A program made the translations under genes and the position numbers. The notes beneath the pieces were generated by a model. The model was not told the DNA's origin, made no database searches, and saw only the letters and a program-made list of their open reading frames with translations. DNA of 63,965 bases, the filler included, from Collodictyon triciliatum (Eukaryota), in NCBI GenBank assembly GCA_043381765.1. It is 5 parts of 5 records of this genome, joined end to end, with 100 filler letters (N's around TTAATTAATTAA, not from the genome) between each part and the next. Parts side by side here need not be neighbours in the genome. Positions count along the whole stretch, not along the records: positions 23,163 to 40,891 come from JBHJMP010000065.1; positions 40,992 to 57,086 come from JBHJMP010000066.1; 3 more parts are not named here. One strand, written 5' to 3'. Of this stretch, positions 39,273-52,837 are shown piece after piece (the stretch's first letter is position 1; every line of letters starts with the position of its first letter).

Positions 39273-40580
39273 TTTCTACTTCTTTTTGTAAGACCCTTGC
39301 GCTTAGAAAAAAACAGCCCTCTTCCTTGACTGCTCCTTCGAAACAAAGACCTCTCTAGTTTGTTTTCCTTTGGAACCTCTCCTAAGGTGTGGAACTACAG
39401 GGAATAGACCTATTGAGCAAACGACCTGGCTTACTCGAGAGAATACCAGTTCCGTTCCTTTCGTTTAAGTTTTTCTACGAGGCAGGTCACCGGTTTGTTT
39501 TCTGACTTAAAAAATATCTGGGGCTTGATTCAGTCAGATTTATTGGTTGACTAAAAGGAAAAGGGAAAAAAGGGAAAGAAGCAGAATGATCCGCCATTGT
39601 CCGTTCTGTTGCTTCGTCAGGTTGGCTCGCATCACTATCTCTTCACAAGGCTCTTTTGCAACTGATGTTTTTGTCTCTGCTCGGCATTCTCAGGCATCGA
39701 CCTGTCGATTCCGTCCATCGCTTCCAAACACGCTTTGATTCATCTCTGGGCAATAATCGAGTGAAAGAAAATGATCGGGTAATGGGAAACTTGGTTGAGA
39801 TATTTATCTATTTATGGAATTATCATTTGTCTGTTCATTGGAACAGTCTTGATTTTATAAAATTCACAGAATAATCTCTTTTGTTAAACTTGCATTCATA
39901 AGACCGGATTTTTTTCAAATGTTTAAATAGGGCGCTGGCGAACGATTAAATAATCGAATGGATGTATTCTTGTCCGTTGTGTTGCCAGGATTCATAGAAA
40001 TGTTCCTAATATTCATTTTTCTTTGGAAAAGGTCGATCTATTATCCATATTAAGTATTTAGATGATCATGATATCGTAATTATGTTCGTAACCAAGTGCG
40101 TTTCCAAAACTTTTACGGAATTTGTGGCACATGAATTAAATTCGCTTGATTCCCATACTTGTACCTGAAGCGAAAATTATGTCCACAACCCAAACTAGTA
40201 AGCCACTTTCTTATTTCCACAAATAAAACCTTGTTGAATGGCATATCTCATAGTGGAAATTATTTCATTAATAATTTTAAACCTATACACATTTTTACAC
40301 GGTTCTAGCAGTATGATTATTCAGATTATGTAACATAGTTAATTACAGTTTGCACAATAGACTGAGGTGGCTATCAGAGCTATTGGAACATCTTTAGTTA
40401 TGGGCCGCATTGTCCTCATCGGGAATCGCGGTAGTAAACTTTGGCCTCTTTTGGAAAATAAGAAAAACAGTTCTTTTGGGGTCGAAGGTGGGAATTGGGT
40501 TTATGTGTGTCTGCGAAAGGAACACGGAGTCGGTGGGTGGTTTTCTTGGCTGCAGGGCAGGATCTTCTGTGTTGAGGAAA

Positions 40581-40891
40581 AGACGAGAAAAGACAAGAAA
40601 AGACAAGAAAAGACAAGAAAAGACAAGAAAAGACAAGAAAAGACAAGAAAAGACAAGAAAAGACAAGAAAAGACAAGAAAAGACAATAAAAGACAATAAA
40701 AGACAATAAAAGACAATAAAAGACAATAAAAGACAATAAAAGACAATAAAAGACAATAAAAGACAATAAAAGACAATAAAAAACAAAAAAAGAAAATAAA
40801 AGACAAAAAAAGACAATAAAAGACAATAAAAGACAATAAAAGACAATAAAAGACAATAAAAGACAATAAAAGACAATAAAAGACAATAAAA
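40581..40891. repeat. Compound 10-mer repeat (AGACAAGAAA)n then (AGACAATAAA)n at a contig end
   Basis: Two blocks differing by one base, ending at the linker. Confidence 0.95.
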
Positions 40892-40991
40892 NNNNNNNNN
40901 NNNNNNNNNNNNNNNNNNNNNNNNNNNNNNNNNNNTTAATTAATTAANNNNNNNNNNNNNNNNNNNNNNNNNNNNNNNNNNNNNNNNNNNN
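40892..40991. other. Artificial assembly linker
   Basis: TTAATTAATTAA at 40936-40947 flanked by 44 N on each side. Confidence 0.95.
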
Positions 40992-41277
40992 CTCTTATTT
41001 TTACCATATTTTCTACTCGCCTTATTTATAGATAAATTATCGTGAATTTTATATAGTTTTATTCTTATATTCGTATGCTGCGTGATATTGCTCTTTTTGT
41101 TTTTTTGTTTGTTTGTTTGTTTGTTTGTTTGTTTGTTTGTTTGTTTGTTTGTTTGTTTGTTTGTTTGTTTGTTTGTTTGTTTGTTTGTTTGTTTGTTTGT
41201 TTTAATAGTGGCCATATGCATAGAATATAGTATTTCTTATGTCATGGAAAAAGTATACACCTTTCTCGTCACATTAG

Positions 41278-43675
41278 ATGCAAGAAGCAAATCACAAGCA
41301 CCAATTTTTTTCAAGATAAAGGGTTTCCCGTCTGCTTAGAGTGCCGACCGGCTCCTCTATGCCCAAAATGCCAGGTGATTGTTGTCTGATAATATTTTAA
41401 CTCTCAAGTTATGGCGGTGATAATAAACAAACACCCGTTTTAAACAGAATTGTTCATTTACCCATTTACATATTGGCCTTATGCTTTGTAGATATGATTA
41501 TCAGGACATTATCTATTTGCTTTACCTTTATGGCTAGTTATTTTTTGATAGCGTGTGAATTCCTTTTATAGATTTCACTTTTTCTTTTTCTTTTTTCTTT
41601 TTCTTTTTTCTTTTTCTTTTTTCTTTTTCTTTTTTCTTTTTTCTTTTTCTTTTTTCTTTTTTCTTTTTTCTTTTTTCTTTTTCTTTTTTCTTTTTTCTTT
41701 TTCTTTATCTTTTTCTTTTACCTGACTCATTCACATGCTTGTCAAAGAAACCCGTCTATCTCAAAGGAGTCAAGGCCATGGATGGAATGTGGCATTTGGA
41801 GTGCTTCACATGTTCACGATGCAACACGCAGATCCGATCAAGAAATTTCGTAATCGACCGTAACATGCCTGTGTGTTGTGAATGCAGAGAAAAGGTATCC
41901 AAAAGAACTCCCCTATATATATTTGTCCATTTCGATTGCATCATCACTTGTTTTATTCGATAATGAACACATTCTGTCATTCTTTTAAACTCACAGTCTG
42001 TAAATAACTTCCTGCTCACGCATTACAATTTCCACTTTGCTGCATTTTTCTATATAAAAAAATAACAAATTATTTGAAATCATTCATACAGATCAAGGAG
42101 AGGCAATCCGAAGATCGCCGTTCAGCATATCTTCGCAAGTCTCTCATGCGGAAAACTGCCGACGGACTCCTTTCGCCCGAAGAACTTCTCAAGACACAGG
42201 CCGAAATCGAAGCCAACTATCGGTCCAATACCCGTCGAATCCAATCTATGGCCTTACCAGACACGAAAAGCCATTCTGCATCTCCAGCCGAAACAAGTGA
42301 AACAACTTCAAGTGAGGCTGTTGTGCTTGCAGATTCCGGTAATCGCCTCAGCGTGCCAGTGTCGCGCCCAATCGATATTCGTGCGCCGAACAGAGGATTA
42401 ACTTCCATCCAGGAGACCCAAACAGCTGACCGTCTGACAACTCAAATGCACTCGCAATCCGTTGGTTCCATGAGCCCCCGTATAGCTACAATACATGGGC
42501 ATCAGAGTGCTTCTAAATCGCTTCAAATATCCACGAAAAGGGACACTATGAGTCAAGGTTCTGCGCAGGAGTACGCTTCATCCCCAAAGTCCCCCGAACT
42601 TGCAGGCTCCATGCTTCCTCCATCTCCTACGGGGCCTTCTATCATGGCTGACTCGGCATACCAGTTGAGTGGCACACAGATTTCAGACTGGTGCGCTGCG
42701 TGTGGTATTCCGGTGAATCCAGCCAGTGCTTTGAAGTTTTCCGAGCGGCTGTGGCATTTGGATTGCTTTGAATGTATGAACTGTAGAGAGCCGATGAGAG
42801 ATGCAGTGCAGAATGCAGTCCTAAGGGAAGAGAAACTGTATTGTCAGAAATGCAATCTATTGCCTGAGCTGGATTTTCAATCCGCCGGTACTTTTAAAAA
42901 AAAAATTATGACATTCATTTCGAAATTTTTGCACTTTTAATTAAATTTTTGTAAAATAAAATGAATTAATATACTAACTTTTGAATTATAAAATATATCT
43001 ATGTGAACCCAGAAAAGCTTCCTCCTGGTCCTTTGTTGCTACCACAGGTTTGAAAGTAGTGAAAATATGCATACGTCAATATTCCTTGTATAAATGCACC
43101 CTGGAACGTTTGTAGGGTTATCGAATCCGCACCACAATCTGTTTTCCGAGCGGTCAGGTTGTCTCTTTTGAGTTCAACCAATCAGATATTGTGTGTGCTA
43201 TTAAAGAACAAGCCTGGAAACAAATGGTTGAATTGGAGTAATTTTTATCTGATTTTCTTACATATATCCCGCTTAATAATTTTCATATTACATTAGTCAT
43301 TTATTGATAAAAATTCATGTATGTAAACCATAATCTTTGCACGACACTCCAAATTCTTTGTTAACCTGATTTCTCTCCTGATTTCTGATTTCTTCCAGGA
43401 GTGTTCCAGCCCGAAAAACGGTCGATGATTTCATCCTTCGAGCTGCAGATGCAGAAGAATATTTCGAAGATGACAGCTTACCTTTGTGAATTTAATTATT
43501 TAATTAATCTAACATTCATGATGACGAAAGTTTTTTTCATCGAATATGTGGTGTGGTTATACTGCTGGTAAGAGAAAAAATGATGGGATGGGATTTATAT
43601 ATCCGTTGATTCCAAAGTCTAGGAATCAATTGTAGATGCAACAGAAGAAAGTAGTTCAATTACTTATCTCTTTTT

Positions 43676-43707
<32 letters not shown>

Positions 43708-43725
43708 CTTTTTTTTTTTTGTTTT

Positions 43726-43778
<53 letters not shown>

Positions 43779-44618
43779 GCCAATTCTAATGCAGATCAAA
43801 AGTGCCTTACTTTCTTTTGTGCTTCAAGTACCAAACATCACCAGCCTTGTCGCTCGTAGATTTGAATCAGGTAGTAAATCATCCATGTTATTTTTTGGGC
43901 CTCTAATATTTATATTGCCAGACCTCAGAATTTTGTATGCGTCCGTTCAATTTGTGCAAAAGTTGACATATATTCGACATGAACTAAGAAAAAGCTAAAG
44001 TTTCATTTCTTCTTGAACCTACAAACTTACTCTAGCACAAGATATTCATCAAAGAAATTGGTGCCGTCTTGGGTCGACCCCTTCGCTGGGCAACACGGGT
44101 CAATTTAGATTCCATTCGTTTCATTATTTATCAAAGTCACACTGTCAACTATCTAAAGTAACCAACACTCTATATGACCTGCTCATGCTCCAGGAGGGAG
44201 AGACCGCATATTTTAGATTAAAGACTTCATCGTAATTTTTTGTTTTTGTTTTTGTTTTATTGTTTTTGTTTTATTGTTTTTGTTTTATTGTTTTTGTTTT
44301 ATTGTTTTTGTTTTATTGTTTTTGTTTTATTGTTTTTGTTTTATTGTTTTTGTTTTNNNNNNNNNNNNNNNNNNNNNNNNNNNNNNNNNNNNNNNNNNNN
44401 NNNNNNNNNNNNNNNNNNNNNNNNNNNNNNNNNNNNNNNNNNNNNNNNNNNNNNNNTATTGTTTTTTTATTGTTTTTTTTATTGTTTTTTTATTGTTGTT
44501 TTTTTATTGTTTTTTATTGTTGTTTTTTTATTGTTTTTTTATTGTTTTTTTATTGTTTTTTTATTGTTTTTTTATTGTTTTTTTATTGTTTTTTTATTGT
44601 TTTTTTTTGTTTTTTATT

Positions 44619-44663
<45 letters not shown>

Positions 44664-47600
44664 TGTTTTTTTTTTATTGTTGTTTTTTTATTGTTGTTTT
44701 TTTATTGTTGTTTTTTTATTGTTGTTTTTTTATTGTTGTTTTTTCTATTGTTGTTTTTTCTATTGTTTTTTCTATTGTTGTTTTTTCAAAATAACAATAG
44801 CATGTTTGAATACCTCTACTTAAACAAACTCCTTTCCTCTTTTCATAAATCAATACAGCATAATCAGTGAGAGTAGATGGTTGGTAAGATTTGAATAATG
44901 TTTTTAGATATTGAGATACTGATGTCATTATATCTCATATATTTAGTCGTTTATCGTACAATGAAATCCGTTTTTCATTAATATTTTACTTTTAGAGAAT
45001 GTTTCGAAAGCCTCGCAACCAAAAATGTCCTTTCTACATGAACAAGGAGTTTAGAATACGTGTCCATATCAATGAAGGAGAAATCAAGCGCACCATTCTC
45101 TGCAAAGGTACGGCATTCATATAAATAGATTCACGATCAGAATCGCAACCAAAAAAAAAAGCACCTTTTCAATCATAAATAAATGGGGGAAAGCATAATC
45201 AATTTCGATTTGTATTGAGTTTGATTTTTGAGTTCATTAGATACATAAATAAGAGCCTCTCTAAAAAAAAAAAAATATTACATTTTCTAAACTAAAGAGA
45301 ACTCATATCATAAATACCATATTATATTAAGCAAATATGACTGCTGGGGAAGCCATCTCGCAAATATACAGTAGACACAACCCAGCTTTCGTGGACACTA
45401 GCTCTCCAACAGACTACTATTTCAAGGCAATCCTTTCAATCACTTTGATTATGAGCTATCACCGAGTGCTGATATGTGCATAAATATTGAAATGAATTTT
45501 CATACAATGCATTTAATTTTTGAGAATTCCACATTAATTACACCAGGTCATTGGTTCGCATGAGTATGCTGGTGGTGAAGACTTGGTGGCTTCGTTAAAA
45601 TCTGTGCAGAAAGCTGTGCGCATGAATAATGAAGTCGAACTTAGTCTAGTCCACAAAACGGCCATACCACGTACGGGTCGATTTGTTTGATTTATTGCAT
45701 AATTTCCTCATATTTTATTTCTTTGAGTTATGGGTGGGGTAAGAAACTTAATCTTTTTTTTAAAAAATTGAAATCATCCCAGCCATTTTCTACGATGATG
45801 TGGTTCCTCCATCGGTATTATACAAAACACGATTAGTCATATTTATTAGCCCATAAATCATGAAAGTGTGCGAGTTTCTCTCTTAAAAAAGAAATCTTTA
45901 AAATTCATTGAATCTGTCATTAGGAGAGACCCATTCTTCGCCCGCTTGCCGAAGTGGACGATGTTACACATAAATACTACACATGTGACCATTCTGATTG
46001 TGTCCCTGCAAATCAGGTCAGATATTTTCAGTTGAGCACCCAAAAAAACCCATCATATACAATTTGCTCAATAATGATAAAACTTTCATATTCCCCTCTC
46101 TGCTGGTTTTCATAATCGTGGGTAACTCTTTATATGTATAGATTAAACCGCACTTTAGAATTATGATTCGCTCTCTTCGCAGAATTACCACCAAATTCAA
46201 AACTATAAATTCGATCCTGTGAGCTCGATTGAATATGAAAGCAATATGAGATTGGAAATAAATCATGTCTAAAATTTATTGGCGAACGATGCTTTGTTTT
46301 GACTTTTTCTATGTAACGCCTGCAGGGACCAGAAGTCATCTACACCTCCATTAATCAACGTGACTGTGCAACTGTAAAACTCCAATCGATTGCTATATTG
46401 TTTAATACCACGGCGCCTTTTTCAAACTTGTGAATTAAAAAAATTTTCCCTTTATTTCTTCTTTTTTTTAAAAAAAAAAAAGGTATAATGGAGATGAAGA
46501 CATTTGTGCCCCTATTCAAACAACCCCTGCGCCTTTTTCAGAGGATATTGAAATCAACTTTATGGCAGATACACACCTCGTTATCGCAGACATCCCACCA
46601 GTAAGAAAAAAATTTTATTACATTCATATTTTATGTGCTACTCAACCAAGGCTATGATTCTAATTTTGACAACTCCACTCCTCTGATTATACATATAATT
46701 TTGTTTACGAAATCGAAACTTAGAGTGCCAGAATGTGCTTTACTATGAAGGCCATAATCAAAGACCAAGAAATACCCATTGGATGGGTGAACTGCTTGGT
46801 ATAATATCATAAAATTATAGCTTTCTTGTTATTTTTTGTTGGTTTTGATTTGTTGGTTTTGATTCGTTGGTTTTGATTTGTAACATGGCTCCGTAATGTT
46901 ATTTTTTCTTTTAGGCATACGATTATCAGGGGCATCTTCGCTCCGGTGAAGTGTGTCTTTCAATGTGGGATGATGACCGAGCCGTCCATGTTTCTAGTGG
47001 GTTTGGTAATCAAATCACCTAGATGCAGCAGCACTCTAAATGCATCTTTATTTATGTGTCCAGGTACTGCATCCGAGAACTTTGATAGTAGCGCGGCAGC
47101 AATACTGTGCTTGAATTTCAGCGTCAACGAAAAGAAAATATTTTATCAACCTGAATCTCAACGTGTTTTCTCAAGTAACTATACGTTTTCATTATCAAAC
47201 AACTTTGTGAGTCAAATGGTTATAGTTATTTGCCTCTTCTTTTTTCTTTTTCTTTTTCTTTTTCTTTTTCTTTTTCTTTTTCTTTTTCTTTTTCTTTTTC
47301 TTTTTCTTTTTCTTTTTCTTTTTCTTTTTCTTTTTTATGATTCCTTTGCCTTTTTTAAATTCTATTCTGTCGAATGAATTAAACCACTATAGTTCCTACG
47401 AGTATCCCTAAACCAAATAGTGCAGAGGAGATAATATTAAAGCGAATCACCCATACAGGTCTTGTATTGAATGTCAATTATTTTCCTATATTTGTGGTCC
47501 GTGAAAACCAATACTAGGGTTCGCATAGCACTTTTTAAAAATAATTGATAATATGCAACTGTTTAACAATTGGACGGTTAGACCCGCTGCATGTAATGGA

Positions 47601-50600
47601 AGGAAACGACTTTCTCGTACTTTTGAAGTACCGTTATTACTTGATGGACAACCCTCACGCACTACCGAAGTATTTGATGTCTGGTAATAACACTTAACTT
47701 GACTATCTGAATTTGATTGACGCATAAGACTGCCTTTCATATATATATATATATATATTAAAAAAATATATATTGATGCAACCAAAGTTCCCTGGCATGA
47801 ATCTGGTCCAGCTGAAGAGGCTTGCTTGTATGTAAACTTAAAACATGCAAAGTCGAAAGTATTTGTTGAGCATGCTCTTTTTCGTCATAAAGCAAATGTT
47901 ACATGATACCTTTAAAAAAAAACTTATCCGAGCGGCTGCATATCCCTAGTTTGCTTGAAAAATGGAGGAAACCATCACCAACAGATGCTCTGGAGGTTTT
48001 TCCTGATATTTTCTTTTTAATTTTAAAAAATTGTACATCATTTTTATTAAATGAATAAATAAATAAATAAATAAATAAATATATAAATAATCACGATAGT
48101 AAGGATTTAAATTTTATGTAGCTTTTAAACCCAAAGTTTGGTGACATAAGAATCAAGGCTTATGCAACAAAGTGTCTGGAATTTATGTCCGATGACGAGT
48201 TGGAGCTTTATCTGCTTCAATTAGTACAGGTATTATCATTTGTCTTTATTCGCTGCAAGCCTAGTCGTAGAAAAAAAATTAACACAAAGGTAAGCTGCCC
48301 ATTTGTTTGAAATTTTAATGATAATTATGAAACAAGGTTTTGAAGTCAGAGCCATACCACTTTTCCCCTCTGGCACAGTTCCTTTTGAGGAGAGCCCTTC
48401 GCAATCGTATACAGATAGGACTTAAGCTCTTTTGGATGTTAAAGGTCTCTGTCATTTTTACAAATATCTATGATTTGTAAGTATCCAAATTGAATCAGGA
48501 ATCCAACATAGTCCGAGATGCACATGCCAGAGCTATGGGAACGATTTGATTTGATGATTGAAGCATACTTGAGAGGGTAAACCAATGAATGAGTCCGACC
48601 TTTTCTTAAAAAAAAAAAAAAGTCAAGTTCCATTTTCTTTCATCTTTCTTTTAATTCATTTGGTGTTTTAGTGACAATATGCTATTTAACTCATTTGTCT
48701 GATTTTCAGATGCGGACCTCATCACCGAGAGGCAATCTTGAAGCAGAGTGAATTTGTCGACAATTTGAAGGAGATAGCCTTTTCGGTTAGAACAGCGTCT
48801 GGAACTGAGGAAAGGTGGTTTTTATCTCAATCACCCATAATATTTTTCTAGTGTCTTGCAACACACAAGTTGTTTGTTTGTTTGTTTGTTTGTTTGTTTG
48901 TTTGTTTGTTTGTTTGTTTGTTTGTTTGTTTGTTTGTTTGATTTTTTTTTTGGCTTGTTAGTCTGTTTTTGCATGTCACTTGGATATATTTGAAGTAAAA
49001 ATTGCATACGATTGCGATCATTTTTTGTTGTTTAAAACTTCTGATTATTTTTCCGGGAAAACCTTGAATAGAAAGCGCATAATGCAAGAAACGTTGGCAA
49101 ACATGAAAATTCCTCGAAATCTTCTGCTTCCCTTAAATCCAAGGCGAGGAAATTTAAAATACAACATCGTTATAATTACTACTATAAGAAACCATTTCAG
49201 TTAATCTCTGTCGACTTAATTATTTACCTTTTCTTTTTTTTCTTTTTTCTTTTTTTTCTTTTTTTCTTTTTTTCTTTTTTTTCTTTTTTTTCTTTTTTTT
49301 CTTTTTTTCTTTTTTTCTTTTTTTCTTTTTTTCTTTTTTTCTTTTTTTTCTTTTTTTCTTTNNNNNNNNNNNNNNNNNNNNNNNNNNNNNNNNNNNNNNN
49401 NNNNNNNNNNNNNNNNNNNNNNNNNNNNNNNNNNNNNNNNNNNNNNNNNNNNNNNNNNNNNTCTTCTTTTCTCTTCTTTTCTCTTCTTTTCTCTTCTTTT
49501 CTCTTCTTTTCTCTTCTTTTCTCTTCTTTTCTCTTCTTTTCTCTTCTTTTCTCTTCTTTTCTCTTCTTTTCTCTTCTTTTCTCTTCTTATCTCTTCTTAT
49601 CTCTTCTTTTCTCTTCTTTTCTCTTCTTTTCTCTTCTTTTCTCTTCTTTTCTCTTCTTTTCTTTTCTCTTCTTTTCTCTTCTTATCTCTCCTTGTCTCTT
49701 CTTTTCTCTTCTCATTCTCATTCTCATTCTCATTCTCATTCTCATTCTCATTCTCATTCTCATTCTCATTCTCATTCTCATTCTCATTCTCATGTTTTAA
49801 AAATAAGCTTATGTTATATTTGTATTATAGAATTGCTGTTCAAGGCCTTGTTTTTCCAAAGTGCAAATTTATGGACTCGAAAACGGTATCATGAATATTG
49901 ATTGACTTTGGATGGTCAAGACATTAATATCAAGATATGCATCGTGTTATAATGATTTAATTGTTTATAATTTTATACCCATCTTTCATATAAGTTTCCT
50001 TTGTGGGTGGTTTTCAAAAATGCTGATCCGCTGGGGGACAATGTCTATGTCATTTTTAAGGTTTTTCTTTTCTCTTTTCTCTTTTCAACAAGCTCATTTT
50101 TGTTTTGGTTTTCATTCAATTACTATTCCTATATGTTTATTTTATGTTTATCTTATGTTATTTTTATGTTTATTTTATGTTTATTTTATGTTTATTTTAT
50201 GTTTATTTTATGTTTATTTTATGTTTATTTTATGTTTATTTTATGTTTATTTTATGTTTATTTTATGTTTATTTTATGTTTATTTTATGTTTATTTTATG
50301 TTTATTTTATGTTTATTTTATGTTTATTTTATGTTTANNNNNNNNNNNNNNNNNNNNNNNNNNNNNNNNNNNNNNNNNNNNNNNNNNNNNNNNNNNNNNN
50401 NNNNNNNNNNNNNNNNNNNNNNNNNNNNNNNNNNNNNTTTACTTTTATTTTTACTTTTATTTTTACTTTTATTTTTACTTTTATTTTTACTTTTATTTTT
50501 ACTTTTATTTTTACTTTTATTTTTACTTTTATTTTTACTTTTATTTTTACTTTTATTTTTACTTTTATTTTTACTTTTATTTTTACTTTTATTTTTACTT

Positions 50601-51177
50601 TTATTTTTACTTTTATTTTTCTCTCTTGAATCACATAATGTGTAGTAATTGAATTATTTTTTATGTTTTTGTTTATTTATTAATTTGTCCTCTTTTAGGA
50701 GGGCGATGACCTCCGCCAAGACCAGCTTACTCTTCAAATGCTCAACATTATTGATAACGTAATACCGAATACATCGATGTTTTTCAAGTCGGAAAAAAAT
50801 AAAAATAAAAAAATAGAAGGAAATTACTAATCTCTTAAATATCAAAGTTGTGGCTTGAGGACCATCTAGACTTGCAACTAATTACTTACGGTTGTATTTC
50901 GACTGGGAAAGATATCGGTATGATAGAAGTTGTTTTGAACGCAGAGACCACCGCAAGGATACAAAAGGTTAAACAGCACATTTACATACGAAAATTATTG
51001 AGTTGTTTATACTATTTGAGATTTTGACATCAATCCCGAAAATACTATTGACACTGGCTTTTTTTTTTAAGAATTTTTTATTTTGTAATTATTTTGCATA
51101 GAATGCTGGTGGAGCACGAGCAGCTTTTGGAGATAGAAATATCATTAATTGGCTGCAACAACAGAACACATCAGGTG

Positions 51178-51275
<98 letters not shown>

Positions 51276-52837
51276 NNNNNNNNNNNNNNNNNNNNNNNNN
51301 NNNNNNNNNNNNNNNNNNNNNNNNNNNNNNNNNNNNNNNNNNNNNNNNNNNNNNNNNNNNNNNNNNNNNNNNNNNTAATGTTAATGTTAATGTTAATGTT
51401 AATGTTAATGTTAATGTTAATGTTAATGTTAATGTTAATGTTAATGTTAATGTTAATGTTAATGTTAATGTTAATGTTAATGTTTTTCATAAGATATTAT
51501 GCTGCTGGATATCTGCTTATTCAGACATAATTTGAGAACAATACTTGACAATATTTTTGCCTATTAGAGCCTGCTTATAAACTTGCATCCGAAAACTTTC
51601 TCCTCTCTTGTGCGGCGAGGTTTGTTTGCATTTAGGAAGGAAAAAAAGGGATTTTTATTCATGTTCGAACTCTAAATGTTTTAGGAATGCTAGATATACA
51701 ACGAGGCAATCAAAACTCACAATTTATTTTGCAAACAGCTGCGTTGCAACTTTCATTCTGGGCATCGGTGATAGGCATAATGACAACATCATGCTTACAA
51801 AATCAGGCCATCTATTCCGTATCCAAACGAAAACAAACAAACAAACAAACAAACAAACAAACAAACAAACAAACAAACAAGAAAAAGAAAAAGAAAAAAA
51901 GACTCAACTCTATATAGGCTTTATTTGACTCATGTCCGTATTGTTCAAATTTGTTAATAACGTATACACAATTTTTTTCCTTATTATTTGGCGCTATATC
52001 ACCACTCTCTCCATTATTCTTTTATGTCCTTCCGTTTTCCTTAAATCTGAACATCAGACATTGACTTCGGTCACTTTCTGGGGAACTTTATGACATGGAA
52101 TGGCTTTAAGCGGGAGCGGGCTCCGTTCGTTTTGACACCAGATTTTGCGGCGGCCATGGGTGGCAAAGAAAGTCCCGGATTCCGGCGTTTTCAGGCGATA
52201 TGTTGTCGTGCCTTCATCAAACTGCGCCATCATGCATCGCTGTTTATTAATCTGTTCTCGATGGTTTGTTGTTGATTTCTTTATAATTAAAAAAAAAAGC
52301 AGTGATTCTGACATATTCTCAGAATATATTTGAACATTCACTCAAGACATTTACGATAAGAACAAAGAGCTGGATTGGTAAAGCAGCTTGTTTGCAGTAT
52401 ATCGTCATTTTGGGTGTGAACAATCCTTTACTGTAATTGTTGTGATGTTTTTGATTGTTAACACATATTTTTTATATCGCGCGCCCTAGATGGTTTCAAT
52501 TGGCATTCCCGAGCTGACTTCCCCAAATGATTTAGAGTACCTGCGACAAGCTTTTGTTCTCTCTTGTCAGTCTCTACGCGAATATTTTTTTTTCTTCTCT
52601 CTTTTTTTTCTTCTGCATTTTTTGACATTTTTCTTTTCTTCTGTTTTTATTTTTGAGAAATACCAATTCATGATTGAAAATGCGCTTCATAATCACCAAC
52701 AAACGCCTCACTCCCAACACAACGCAGACACCAACGAAGGCGCAAGCAAGCACTTTGAGAGCCTTATCCACGAGAGCCTGCGCACAAAGACAACGCAGCT
52801 GAACTTTGCCATCCACATCCTTGCGCATCCCGACTAA
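41278..52837 (+). CDS. Class I-type phosphoinositide 3-kinase catalytic subunit with N-terminal LIM domains (5' partial, about 30 exons)
   Basis: One phase-consistent exon chain: partial LIM plus two full LIMs; ABD-like (CFPSGQ...IKEQAW); RBD (DYYFKVIGSHEY); C2 ([19 protein letters not shown]); helical ([15 protein letters not shown]); kinase ([69 protein letters not shown]). Confidence 0.93.

Noticed and set aside
39586-40560. Possible small membrane-protein gene, or the 5' exons of the LIM-PI3K
   Set aside because: No LIM motif here, the region is separated from the PI3K by an artificial linker, and the model is not unique.
46183-46302. Apparent in-frame TAA within the PI3K C2 region, suggesting a reassigned stop codon
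   Set aside because: A different frame ([14 protein letters not shown]...NSIL, donor GTGAGC) joins both neighbours with GT-AG introns; TAA, TAG and TGA all act as stops elsewhere.
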